Below, in pieces: positions 1 to 9,243 of a stretch of DNA of 64,000 bases (the first letter of the stretch is position 1; every line of letters starts with the position of its first letter). Under the pieces are notes generated by a model. It did no database searches. It was not told the DNA's origin and was given only the letters and a program-made list of their open reading frames with translations. Position numbers and translations under genes: made by a program. The DNA is from Deltaproteobacteria bacterium. Lineage in GTDB: Bacteria > UBA10199 > JADGCS01. The stretch is from NCBI GenBank assembly GCA_015228875.1, contig JADGCS010000003.1, forward strand, positions 20,473 through 84,472. The letters are read 5' to 3'.

Positions 1-519
1 CACATGTCTGTTTTTAATAAAGTCATCAATTATAGGGACAAGGCCATCTCTTTTATTGCCACACAGAAATTCGTAAAAAGATAAGGGACCAAGGGTAAGG
101 GATTGCACACGACCAACCGGGGCCCTGTCCTGAAAGAGATTTTTCATGCTCGAACCTGTCAAGATGCATTTTGTTTTCTCCCATTTTTCTTTGATAAACC
201 TGACATAAGACCCCAGCTTTTTACTCTCTTGTGCCTCATCAATAAATAATATTTGATTAAGGAGAGGATTAAATCCCAAGGTGGTTTTGATAAGATATTC
301 AAATTCATCAAACGACGATGTTTGGTCTATTTTTTTAGCAAGGATAACATCCTCTTCAAGATTGACTTGACAGACGTTTTTGTAGTCATCCAATACGTCC
401 TTTATTAAGGTAGACTTTCCAACTTGCCTCGCACCGCCAAGCAATATCACATCATGCGGAGGTGAATTTTTATTTATTAGTGATTTTAAATAGTTATGAG
501 TTTTTCTGTGTATTTTCAT
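1..519 (-). CDS. AAA-family ATPase (DUF4143-like ATP-binding protein), 3' portion truncated by window edge
   Basis: Not in ORF track (runs off edge). Reverse-strand translation from ATG (cat at 517-519): MKIHRKTHNYLKSLINKNSPPHDVILLGGARQVGKSTLIKDVLDDYKNV... contains Walker A GGARQVGKST; low-GC AT-rich promoter region follows at 520-700. Confidence 0.5.
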   Translation of the reverse strand, partial: MKIHRKTHNYLKSLINKNSPPHDVILLGGARQVGKSTLIKDVLDDYKNVCQVNLEEDVILAKKIDQTSSFDEFEYLIKTTLGFNPLLNQILFIDEAQESKKLGSYVRFIKEKWEKTKCILTGSSMKNLFQDRAPVGRVQSLTLGPLSFYEFLCGNKRDGLVPIIDDFIKNRHV

Positions 520-989
520 ACTAATTTTATAAAATTGTTTTTGTTTTTCGTACGAATTTATTAAATTTTATAGTAAAAAAAGGATGTTTTCAATGTATTT
601 TAGCCCTGTCCTGCTTTTTAGAGATCGATTCTAGATGAGGAAAATATTTTTGACTGATGAATGCCACCAAAATTTTTTTGATATGCTTAAAGAATACATC
701 CAAGGCTAACCTTCATTCCAAATTTTTTTTAAAAAATATTTAAAAACGTTGGGCGTCATTGCGAGGAATAAAATGACGAAGCAATCCAGTCATTGCACAG
801 GCTGGATCGCCACGCCCTGACGGGCTCGCGATGACGCATCAAGTGTTTTCGGTTGGGGAATTTTGGGTTAAAAAAGCACGCAACTTTTAAATTAAAGCCA
901 GGATAATACCAGCGATAAGTCCAGAGTAGTACGCTTCTGGATGATTGTGTTACTTTTTTTAAAAACACAAACACCGTCGGGAGAAAAAT

Positions 990-2411
990 ATGCTTCTTTC
1001 ACCTGGAACACTACTTCGACTACCACCGGCCGCTCAGGCTGCGCGTGCCCTTCCCCCTGCCTTGGATTCGGTCGCACCGCATGAATTGTTGGGGGCTGTA
1101 GCGTGGCACGCAACAGATAACGATCCCCGTGTTGTAAGAGAGATTCTCTCTCAAGGGCAATACCCTGCATTACCGCAAGGTGATGAGACCACGCGGGCTG
1201 GTTTGCGGGCCTATGTTGCCGAGCATCCACCAAGATCTTTCATGCAACGGGTCACACAATCACTGAGGCAATGGCCCGCGGCGATCAGACAGCTTCCATT
1301 TTTGGAATCACGCTGGCCCCTTGTATCCATGGGGGCCGGAGGCATTATGGGGACAGCGGTGCAATTAATGGAGGGAACGAATTCCGGAGCAGGTGGTGGC
1401 CTCGGTCAGACCGCCCTGTGCGCCTCTGCCGGTCTACTTGCCGGTGCCGTGTTTGGCGCTGCCTCAAGCATGGGCACGCAAATCTTTGACAGGGTGTGTT
1501 ACCTGCTCTTTTGTAGTCGTAAGTTTGAAAGTTTCAATCAGTACAGGGAGTCTGTCTCTACACTTGACTTATCAGATAATTACAGTGCCGCCAGGACTAC
1601 ATTGGGCGCTGCTGGTTTTGGCCTGGGGGGAGGCATGGCTCTCTATGCCCTCCATGGCATGACGGGACTTTTAGGCTCACCACCCACCGCAGGTGCTGTG
1701 ATGACTTCACTTGCCATTGCGACAGGCGCCATGGCCTTACGATACATTAATATTCCGGCCCTGCCCTTTATAGACCTGATGAGGCTTAGCGCCGAGAACA
1801 CAAAAGATAAGGCCATTGCGGCCCTTCTGGCAGAGGCCAACACAATCACCGATAATGAGATTCTCACAAGAGATCTCAGCATCCCTCTGCAGGCCTTGGA
1901 ACACCTGCTTGAGGGAAGAATAAAAGAAGAGATTGATACCGTTTTGGCAGAGATCGGCAGAGTGGATCAAACCATAGATAGCCTTGAGTCTTTGTATGAT
2001 GGACTGACACAACAAGCCCCGGAGGATGATGCTGCGTTAAAAAAGGATATAGCAGACCTAAGGCACGAAGAGCTGTCTTCTTACCAAGCGCAAAGGCAAC
2101 GCCTAAACGACGAGGTCCTCAAAAAGCTTCTGGATGCCCGACGCCTTGCGAAGGCACTGGTTGAGCACTTAAACATTGAATTAGGCCGAAAGATAGCCCC
2201 TGTTGCGGCGGAGGCAGGTGAGGAACAGGTTTTAGGTGTGATGGAACAACTTGCCCTGCGCAAACTTGCCATGAAGCGATCTGAAGGGGTCGTCAATAGA
2301 ATGGCGGCGCGTGCCCAGGTTTTTGTAGATTCCCTTAAACAGGTTTTAGACAACATCAGCAAAGCAGAGAGGGTACATACAGAGATGAGATTGCTTGAGC
2401 GGGGTCAATAA
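990..2411 (+). CDS. hypothetical protein; Gly/Ala-rich hydrophobic segments followed by long C-terminal coiled-coil
   Basis: ATG at 990 with GGGAGAAAAAT upstream; 473 aa ORF; GAGGIMGTAVQ..GAGGGLGQTALCASAGLLAGAVFGAASSMG and GAAGFGLGGGMALYAL glycine-zipper-like stretches; C-terminal heptad-rich region (EILTRDLSIPLQALEHLLEGRIKEEIDTVLAEIGRVDQTIDSLESLYD...). No recognisable catalytic motif. Confidence 0.6.
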   Translation: MLLSPGTLLRLPPAAQAARALPPALDSVAPHELLGAVAWHATDNDPRVVREILSQGQYPALPQGDETTRAGLRAYVAEHPPRSFMQRVTQSLRQWPAAIRQLPFLESRWPLVSMGAGGIMGTAVQLMEGTNSGAGGGLGQTALCASAGLLAGAVFGAASSMGTQIFDRVCYLLFCSRKFESFNQYRESVSTLDLSDNYSAARTTLGAAGFGLGGGMALYALHGMTGLLGSPPTAGAVMTSLAIATGAMALRYINIPALPFIDLMRLSAENTKDKAIAALLAEANTITDNEILTRDLSIPLQALEHLLEGRIKEEIDTVLAEIGRVDQTIDSLESLYDGLTQQAPEDDAALKKDIADLRHEELSSYQAQRQRLNDEVLKKLLDARRLAKALVEHLNIELGRKIAPVAAEAGEEQVLGVMEQLALRKLAMKRSEGVVNRMAARAQVFVDSLKQVLDNISKAERVHTEMRLLERGQ

Positions 2412-2414
2412 ACC

Positions 2415-4403
2415 ATGACAGGCCCCATCCCAAAAACACCCCCCCCCATTGGACCATCATCAGGGGCGGGAATCACTCCGACACCAACGCCCCCTCCGCC
2501 GCCCCCACACACAGGGAGGGGTGCCGCAATACTTGGCCCCGTAACCAACGCGTATCACGCCTTAATACAGGCCACGGCAAAAACCGCGCCGGCACGCGCT
2601 GTCTCTCGTCTTGCAGCCCGCATACACGAAAGAAAGGCGCCTGACGCTCCAAAAAAAAATAAAACAGAGATTGTCCGCCGACCCACAAAAAAAGACGACA
2701 AATCTTTGGGGCCGATTATTGCCCCTGCAAGTACCTACATCGGCAGTGCGTTTAATCACTTTAAACAACCCTTTAATTTAAAGGAAACGCTTACCAAATA
2801 CGGCCTGATCGGCGCGTGTTTGTTTGGACTCCATCATCTTGGTTTTGATGCCATCACAGCAAACCCCGCCATGCTGGGTGCTGTCACACTTGCCGGAAAC
2901 GCCCTCATGATGAAGGCCTACCGCGAAAAAACAGAGCCGGATGCGAACGGAAAAAAGGATCCGATCAGTTGGACAAGGGCAGCCTTTTTTCAGTCGATCT
3001 TTTTTCTCTCCACAGTGGTCTATCAGGCATTAAGCGATAATGCGGGACTTTTTCAGTACGCCGATTTTACCGGCGCCAATGCCCTTTTTTGGGACCACTG
3101 GCTTAACTGGGATTGGCAGGCACCCAACATGGCCCGCATCGCGGCCTACTGGGGCACGTACGGCATCATGTCACAGGTTTGGGGAGATGTGACCTCCTTC
3201 TCACTCGCAGCTTCGAATGTCTTCCACACAAAGATATGCAACGCGGTCCATTCTGTTTCCAAAAAACTCGGCCCCCTCATGCCCTATGTCAACTTGTCGC
3301 TCGGGGCCGTAGCCACCGTGTTTGGGGCCTATGGACTCTGCGACCTCTGGAGGGGAACAGACACAAGTCCGATTCATGTGGGCGAGACCTCCGTGAATAT
3401 TATTACAACAGCCTACGCCCTTTTTATAGGCTACATCTCCCTCGGGGCTGTAAAGACCCCGCAGAACCTGCTCAAGTTTTTTCCACAGATTCCCGCAAAG
3501 AAGGTCATCGACGAAAAAACAGGCCAGGAGGTCAAGATCCCCGACTATGTCCAGGTGCCACAAGAGGTTAAAGAATTTGGCCCCGATGAAACCGCCGCCA
3601 TCAGCCGCGGCGAACACAACCCGCGTTTTTCAAGGACTGGCCGTATGCTCGCCAACACAGCAGCGGGGGCGCTTGCGGGTTCGGTCCTCGGTCTCGGGGC
3701 CATTGGTGCCTACGAACTTGCCACTCAAAGCTCTGCCATGCCATTTGTAACGGATAATCCTGTCCTCGACGGGACAGCGGCAACAGCCGCCTTGGGCCTC
3801 GGGGCGGTGCTGCTGGCGGGTCTCAAGCCTAAAGGGGATGTCAGGCGCTGGATTGGTGCCACACGCACAGCGCTCGTGACCATGTTTGCCCCCGCGCGTT
3901 TTGCCTACTGGTTTGGGGCCTTCACCCTGATCGGCACAACCGTAAACTTTGGGATCAGCCTGATCAGCCAGGCCCTGCAGGGTTACGAGATGACGTCCAA
4001 CCTCGTAGCTATCCTCGCGATCAACGCCTTGTTTGGCGCTGCGTGGGTCAACCGCTTTGTTTACGGGACGTATGTTGCCATCACGCGCAAGCCGGGCTCG
4101 AAGTACGCCATGTTTATCGCGGGCTACCTCACCCTTGTCGGCGCCTTTTCGGCCCACATGAAAACGCCACAGACTGTGAGCCAGTATTACAACGCGGCCG
4201 CTGCGCGGTTTGACGTGACAGATGACGAGGTGGAAAAAATCACACTCAGAAAAGAAATGAGCGGCTTAAAGACCCTGCTTAAGGGCGCCATAGACAGGCC
4301 GGCCACAGACCCCGAAACAAAAGAGAAGGCACAGGCAGAACTGGGGCGCATTGCCATCACTGACCAAAGATTCTCTTTCGCCCACTCAGCAGGGACACCC
4401 TGA
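2415..4403 (+). CDS. hypothetical membrane protein with Pro-rich N-terminus
   Basis: ATG 4 bp after stop of upstream gene (translationally coupled); 662 aa; N-term PIPKTPPPIGPSSGAGITPTPTPPPPPPHTG; multiple hydrophobic G/A-rich helices (AGALAGSVLGLGAIGAY, AALGLGAVLLAGL, FIAGYLTLVGAF). Confidence 0.6.
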   Translation: MTGPIPKTPPPIGPSSGAGITPTPTPPPPPPHTGRGAAILGPVTNAYHALIQATAKTAPARAVSRLAARIHERKAPDAPKKNKTEIVRRPTKKDDKSLGPIIAPASTYIGSAFNHFKQPFNLKETLTKYGLIGACLFGLHHLGFDAITANPAMLGAVTLAGNALMMKAYREKTEPDANGKKDPISWTRAAFFQSIFFLSTVVYQALSDNAGLFQYADFTGANALFWDHWLNWDWQAPNMARIAAYWGTYGIMSQVWGDVTSFSLAASNVFHTKICNAVHSVSKKLGPLMPYVNLSLGAVATVFGAYGLCDLWRGTDTSPIHVGETSVNIITTAYALFIGYISLGAVKTPQNLLKFFPQIPAKKVIDEKTGQEVKIPDYVQVPQEVKEFGPDETAAISRGEHNPRFSRTGRMLANTAAGALAGSVLGLGAIGAYELATQSSAMPFVTDNPVLDGTAATAALGLGAVLLAGLKPKGDVRRWIGATRTALVTMFAPARFAYWFGAFTLIGTTVNFGISLISQALQGYEMTSNLVAILAINALFGAAWVNRFVYGTYVAITRKPGSKYAMFIAGYLTLVGAFSAHMKTPQTVSQYYNAAAARFDVTDDEVEKITLRKEMSGLKTLLKGAIDRPATDPETKEKAQAELGRIAITDQRFSFAHSAGTP

Positions 4404-4420
4404 TCATAGCCCCTCCTGCT

Positions 4421-5149
4421 TTAGTCAAATTCCTTCATGTAACTTTTATAATCTGAAGAGTCTATCTTTCCCAGACGACTCAGGAGTTTTCTGGTCCGCT
4501 TATAGGCCTCTCCCATTTCATCGTCTTGCACAAAGCAGTAGGGATTATCTGATATGTTTTTTTCCCAGATTTTATAGGCAAGGTAAAAAGACTCTTCAGC
4601 CTTTTTTGTCTTTTCACTATCATCCTTGTAGGTTTTTAAGAGAAGGTCTGCGAGGTTGTAATAGGCATAGGCAAATTCCGGATCATAAAACACGGCGTTT
4701 TCAAACGAGCTGATCGCTTCAAGCACGCGGTTAAGTTCCGCCAAAACCCTGCCCTTGTAAAAATGCGCGTTGGCATGGGTCTTGTCCAGTTTTAAGACAT
4801 CGTTAAAACTCTTGAGCGCGTCGTTAAGTTCTTTAATGTAATACTGCACAAGCCCTTTATCGTACATGGCTGTGATGTTTTTGGGGTCATGCTCAATGAC
4901 AAAATTATATTCCTTGATCGAGTTTAAATAATCCCCCTTGATAAAATATTTTTTTGCAGCCTTCATGCTTTTTTGGGTTTGATCTTCTAGAGACTGTTGT
5001 TTCTGTGTTTGCGGGTCTTGCTGCTTTTGACTGGTCAGCCCCCTGTTCTTGAGTTCTTTCATGTTAAAGCGCACACCTTCGCAGGCACTTAAAATAAAGC
5101 ACAGCCATAACCCGCATAAAGCGGAAAACACTACGCGGGCGGACACCAT
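4421..5149 (-). CDS. TPR-repeat protein (possibly lipoprotein); start ambiguous (ATG at 5149 inside R1 repeat, or ATG at 5062)
   Basis: ORF track 4421..5239; TPR-like repeats (AHFYKGRVLAELNRVLEAISSFENAVFYDPEFAYAYYNLADLLLKTYK...). Start from 5149 gives MVSARVVFSALCGLWLCFILSAC with lipobox-like LSAC; 5' ORF extension 5150-5239 is read through the R1 repeat and is probably not coding. Confidence 0.55.
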   Translation of the reverse strand: MVSARVVFSALCGLWLCFILSACEGVRFNMKELKNRGLTSQKQQDPQTQKQQSLEDQTQKSMKAAKKYFIKGDYLNSIKEYNFVIEHDPKNITAMYDKGLVQYYIKELNDALKSFNDVLKLDKTHANAHFYKGRVLAELNRVLEAISSFENAVFYDPEFAYAYYNLADLLLKTYKDDSEKTKKAEESFYLAYKIWEKNISDNPYCFVQDDEMGEAYKRTRKLLSRLGKIDSSDYKSYMKEFD

Positions 5150-5194
5150 GCAAAAATTGATGCCGAAACGCGTAGAAAAAACCTTCCAAGGTTC
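5106..5194 (+). repeat. R1 dispersed ~89-bp repeat, copy 1 (orientation A)
   Basis: CATAACCCGCATAAAGCGGAAAACACTACGCGGGCGGACACCATGCAAAAATTGATGCCGAAACGCGTAGAAAAAACCTTCCAAGGTTC; internal inverted repeat CTACGCG...CGCGTAG and near-palindromic end AACCTTCCAAGGTT; 5 further copies in window. Confidence 0.85.
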
Positions 5195-5499
5195 TAAGAC
5201 AACAAGGAGGGGCAATAATGGACAACCCTTAACAGACATTAAAAAAACCTTGATTTTGATAATTAATAAACGAATGCCACCAAAGTACCAAAGTCCATTT
5301 TATGCTATTACAATGAATATGTGAACCTTTTTTTGCCCTTCAAAAAACAAAAGGAGGATAAACCTCTTTATTTTCACATCTTTTACTGGACAGGAAACTT
5401 TACATCGCGAAGTGACGATAATAAAGACAGCACAAAAATCAGATTTTTATGTAACAACAATCAGGATTATGATCTGAGACCCCAGACATAAAACACCGC

Positions 5500-8400
5500 A
5501 TGTGCGCAGAAGTTTACATCGCCAAAGACGGCCTGATCATAGAGCACGAGGATGATCTAAGCGACATAAAAGGGACGCCACCTCCTCAACTGGACTACAC
5601 GGGGAGCCGTGTGGCCCTGTGCGACCAATCACCGTCCGTGCTTGATGTAGGCGCCATCCAGCAAAGGGCCGCCGCTCTCACACGAAAAACAAATGCGCCC
5701 ACTGCCCGCACCATTCATGGTCTTGTCGATCAATACGCATCCCTGCTCACAAAAAAAAATGTCGACGAAAGGCAAAGGTATCAAGCAACCGATGAACTAT
5801 TTTTTGCAATGGACCAAACCCTGATTGAGACAACACTGGGCAACTCCGAAAATGCGTGGGCCACATGCACAGAAGAAACCGCCCAGGCCCTGTGCCATCT
5901 TGTTTACGAGACCCTGAGCAGACTTAAAGGTGCCGCTTCCTCTGCATGGTCAGAGCAGGCATCAGAACTACTTGGCAGCCTCAACTTTGCTCAACTGCTC
6001 TCCCATAAAGTACTGGCCCGATGGGCCGCATTTTCTTTAAGAACAGACTGCAATACCTCAAGGAAAGAACCGCTCCTTGATGTCCTTTTCAGGGACCTGC
6101 TCGCCATCATCGAAATACAGGAAGAACACGCCGTCATTGATCACGAACAAGAGACAAATATTAAAAACGCCTTCATTACCTGTTCGGTCACTTACAAATC
6201 GTGTCTCACAGAAACATGCCTCACACAGGTTGTTAAAACTGCGGAGAAAGAAAAAATCCCCGAACAAAAATTGTCAGAGCATCTTTTTGGCTCACCGCCC
6301 GGAGACATCATTCAATATTACCTCGAAACAGCACCGCAGAATGACGCCTATCGTTTCTGCCAGTTAAATCTGTGGGCCCTCGTTAAAAACGGACACCCCT
6401 ACGCGCGCAGCATGATCAGGGATCTCCTTGACACACAGCCGACAACCCCCCGCCCAAAAAGAGACTGGCGGGCCATCTACTCTGAAAAATATATCCCTAT
6501 TTTTTTCAGGGATGTCTTAAAAAAACTCCTCCTCCCCGATACTGATCCCGAAAATCAAGGCAACAACCCTGCCCGTTGTCCTGACCATGAATCTTTTGTC
6601 AGCGAGATTCGCCATCAACTTGCAGAAGTCATGCATGATCACTCCGAATATTCCGGTGCCCTTGTCCACACACTGCTTAACCTGGACAACAACAGCGGAG
6701 ACGAAAGTGTGGCCATAGCACTCGTACAGGGCCTTCATGAAGAGTGGGTTTTAAAAGACAAAAGAAAAAGGAGTTACTGCGAGCCCCGATTTGTGAATCT
6801 GGCACATTACTATCAATCCTATCAATTCAAGATTGAATGCACCGGAGAATACCCAGACGAATCAAGCTACGGCGTTTACCAGCAAAGACTGATTCAAGGG
6901 GTTAGTCTCCTTGCTGCACTCGTCAAAAACGGATTTCCAGGCACTCTGGAAACGCTGAAAGAGCAGATTAATTCCGACAGCGCACTCACAATGCCCGCCT
7001 TTTCTGCGATCGTGCTCATGTTTACAGAGGCAGAGGATGTCATCAATCCATCAGCACCACCGGATACAAACACCGATACAGAAGGCCAAAAACCCGATTA
7101 TCGGGAAACACTTAATAAAAAATCAGAGCAGGAAACCGCCCAGACCCTCCATGACAGCATCATCACTTTTTTCAACAAAGAGCTGGATATCAATCTTTTG
7201 TGCCGTTACAGGGGCCACTCTGCAGACGACACAAATTTATCGGCGAGCCACACCACCTTACTCCAGACTCTGTGCAGTTTTTTCGAAGACTGGGGCAACA
7301 AAAATGAGCTCTGGAGGACCTATCTGGCCATAGAAAGATTCTGCTCCCTCAACCGCAACAGTCGGGATTTTCCCATCGCCATAGAGGTCATTGGCGTTGC
7401 AGACAGACGCGATCAATATCACGGCAGGCCCCTCTCGTTACTGACCGACGTCGTTCTGTTCCCGCCCTTGCAAAACACCTGCTCCGACATCGCATTTGAA
7501 TACATTGGCACAAACCTTAAAGCCGCAGGCGAGAATAATCCGGCAGCCTTTCAATCGCACCTTAATGCCCTTGTACGGATTGCAGAAGACCGAAGTCCCA
7601 CAAACCGCCACCGCATGGCCGCTGTCGCTGTTCTGACCGAAGCAGCAGAAAAAAATCCGCGTATCGCACAGAGATTAAAGGGCCTTAACATTGACGGGCT
7701 TTTGTCCGAGATCGACACCGACGAGACATATGTCGTACATGCTTTGTGTGGGCTTGCCGAATACGGCAACCATCAGGCGTTCAATTATCTTGAACGTGCC
7801 TTTATAAACGGTGATGCAAGCCTTTTCTATAATTTTGTAAATATTCTCCATGCACACGTGCCGTCCTTTCACGAGAGGATTCTCCGTAATTGCAAACAAA
7901 TACTTTCAAACAGTGAGAGATATTCCATCGACATGACAGATACCACCCTCCAGATCCTCGGGACGGCATCAGGGTTGAACATCAAGGGAAGCTGGGCGGT
8001 TCTGTATGATCTGGTGACAACCAGCCCGGAACACGAATGGTACGTGTCGTACTGCATCCTTCTTGATCACAATGAAAAGGGACAGAACTACTCGGAAAGA
8101 GAACACATCCGCTGGCTTTACGATCAACGGCTTGCCGCAAAAATAAATCAGGGCACAGATGATGTGGCCCCGTATATAAACAATGCCGGGGAACTTGCCG
8201 GTCTGGGTTACACCGGCTCTCTTCGTGCCTTAACAAAGAAAATCAAGACCGCGCAGGGACAGAAGGGGCAAACACCCCCTGCAACCACTACAAAAGATCG
8301 CGAGACAGCAGAAAATGTTAATGACGCCAGATCAGATAACGAACCAGCCCCCATGCCCCCCGGTGAAGCCCCTGCGGCATCCACCGTGACAACTTACAAT

Positions 8401-8934
8401 GTGTTGCCTTTTTCCGAGCAGGTCATTCTCACCCAACTGGATCACTACTTTCAGACAGTCCTCACCAATGACCCGCAGGTTTCTCAAGTCCACAGGGAAT
8501 GGGCCATCGACCGCATCAAGGCTCTCGCCCTGGTTCTGCCAGAACCAGCACTGGACGCCCTTGCGGCCATTGCCGAGACCAGTGGGGATGCCGTGATCAT
8601 CAACAAGGCCGTCGATGCCATGATAGAACGCGCGCAAAGGGAAGGCTCCACAGGTCTTTTGATAGAAATGCAGGAGCTTGCCCTGACAGACCCGACCCTG
8701 AGAGGGATCGCCATGCAGAATCTTCATGCATACAGGTCACTGTTTCGCGAAACCCTTGTGTATTACGTTGAGCAATGGTCCATCAATGCGGAGCAGTACA
8801 ACGATCAAAGAAGTTTTAATATTTTAAAAATGATTGCGGCGAGCAACCTTGATGAGGCCATCAAATCAAGAGCCGATGAGGCTGTCTGGTTGATCGACGC
8901 AAACAAGGGGCACCCGCTGCACAGCGAGGACTGA
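5500..8934 (+). CDS. large hypothetical protein (1144 aa), predominantly alpha-helical/HEAT-like, no recognisable domain
   Basis: ATG at 5500; long uninterrupted ORF with coding-like composition; no TM or signal peptide; no catalytic motifs recognised. Confidence 0.6.
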   Translation: MCAEVYIAKDGLIIEHEDDLSDIKGTPPPQLDYTGSRVALCDQSPSVLDVGAIQQRAAALTRKTNAPTARTIHGLVDQYASLLTKKNVDERQRYQATDELFFAMDQTLIETTLGNSENAWATCTEETAQALCHLVYETLSRLKGAASSAWSEQASELLGSLNFAQLLSHKVLARWAAFSLRTDCNTSRKEPLLDVLFRDLLAIIEIQEEHAVIDHEQETNIKNAFITCSVTYKSCLTETCLTQVVKTAEKEKIPEQKLSEHLFGSPPGDIIQYYLETAPQNDAYRFCQLNLWALVKNGHPYARSMIRDLLDTQPTTPRPKRDWRAIYSEKYIPIFFRDVLKKLLLPDTDPENQGNNPARCPDHESFVSEIRHQLAEVMHDHSEYSGALVHTLLNLDNNSGDESVAIALVQGLHEEWVLKDKRKRSYCEPRFVNLAHYYQSYQFKIECTGEYPDESSYGVYQQRLIQGVSLLAALVKNGFPGTLETLKEQINSDSALTMPAFSAIVLMFTEAEDVINPSAPPDTNTDTEGQKPDYRETLNKKSEQETAQTLHDSIITFFNKELDINLLCRYRGHSADDTNLSASHTTLLQTLCSFFEDWGNKNELWRTYLAIERFCSLNRNSRDFPIAIEVIGVADRRDQYHGRPLSLLTDVVLFPPLQNTCSDIAFEYIGTNLKAAGENNPAAFQSHLNALVRIAEDRSPTNRHRMAAVAVLTEAAEKNPRIAQRLKGLNIDGLLSEIDTDETYVVHALCGLAEYGNHQAFNYLERAFINGDASLFYNFVNILHAHVPSFHERILRNCKQILSNSERYSIDMTDTTLQILGTASGLNIKGSWAVLYDLVTTSPEHEWYVSYCILLDHNEKGQNYSEREHIRWLYDQRLAAKINQGTDDVAPYINNAGELAGLGYTGSLRALTKKIKTAQGQKGQTPPATTTKDRETAENVNDARSDNEPAPMPPGEAPAASTVTTYNVLPFSEQVILTQLDHYFQTVLTNDPQVSQVHREWAIDRIKALALVLPEPALDALAAIAETSGDAVIINKAVDAMIERAQREGSTGLLIEMQELALTDPTLRGIAMQNLHAYRSLFRETLVYYVEQWSINAEQYNDQRSFNILKMIAASNLDEAIKSRADEAVWLIDANKGHPLHSED

Positions 8935-9148
8935 GCCAGAACAGTGAACCTGTCTGCCTGAGAGGCATAGATGTTTACAGCATGGCGTCACGCGCAATAA
9001 TTTTAATATACAATTTACGACGTCTGTATACAATGCTTTCAATCTCAAACGGTGTTCTCTCCGCTCATACCAAAAAAAAAACAGAAAACCCTTAAAAAGA
9101 ACTCATCCCTCCCGCCAAAACTGTGATATGCTGATAAGATCGACAAAA

Positions 9149-9236
9149 GAACCTTGGAAGGTTTTTTCTACGCGTTTCGGCATCAATTTTTGCATGGTGT
9201 CCGCCCGCGTAGTGTTTTCCGCTTTATGCGAGTTAG
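9149..9236 (-). repeat. R1 repeat, copy 2 (inverted orientation)
   Basis: GAACCTTGGAAGGTTTTTTCTACGCGTTTCGGCATCAATTTTTGCATGGTGTCCGCCCGCGTAGTGTTTTCCGCTTTATGCG = reverse complement of copy 1 (~95% by eye); sits immediately upstream of the HD-GYP regulator start. Confidence 0.85.
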
Positions 9237-9243
9237 GGATCCT

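Noticed and set aside
756-1233. ORFs 756-974(-) and 892-1233(-)
   Set aside because: They overlap the promoter region and 5' end of the 990 gene, have low-complexity composition and no RBS. They are likely non-coding.
3113-4157. ORFs 3113-3571(+), 3201-3617(-), 3630-4157(-) and similar internal ORFs such as 8332-8727, 12724-13617 and 14080-14661
   Set aside because: They lie entirely within long, well-supported genes in other frames or on the opposite strand. They have Arg/Pro/Gly-rich composition typical of antisense translation and no start signals.
5049-5324. 91-aa plus-strand ORF spanning R1 copy 1
   Set aside because: The open frame is created by the stop-free repeat. The region is the upstream/5' end of the convergent TPR gene and the promoter region of the 5500 gene.
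9154-9243. ORF-track N-terminal extension of the HD-GYP regulator (MEGFFYAFRHQFLHGVRPRSV…)
   Set aside because: The sequence is repeat R1 read in an open frame. A good RBS (AGGGA) precedes the ATG at 9244, and the same 'peptide' appears as a spurious ORF at 16624-16887.
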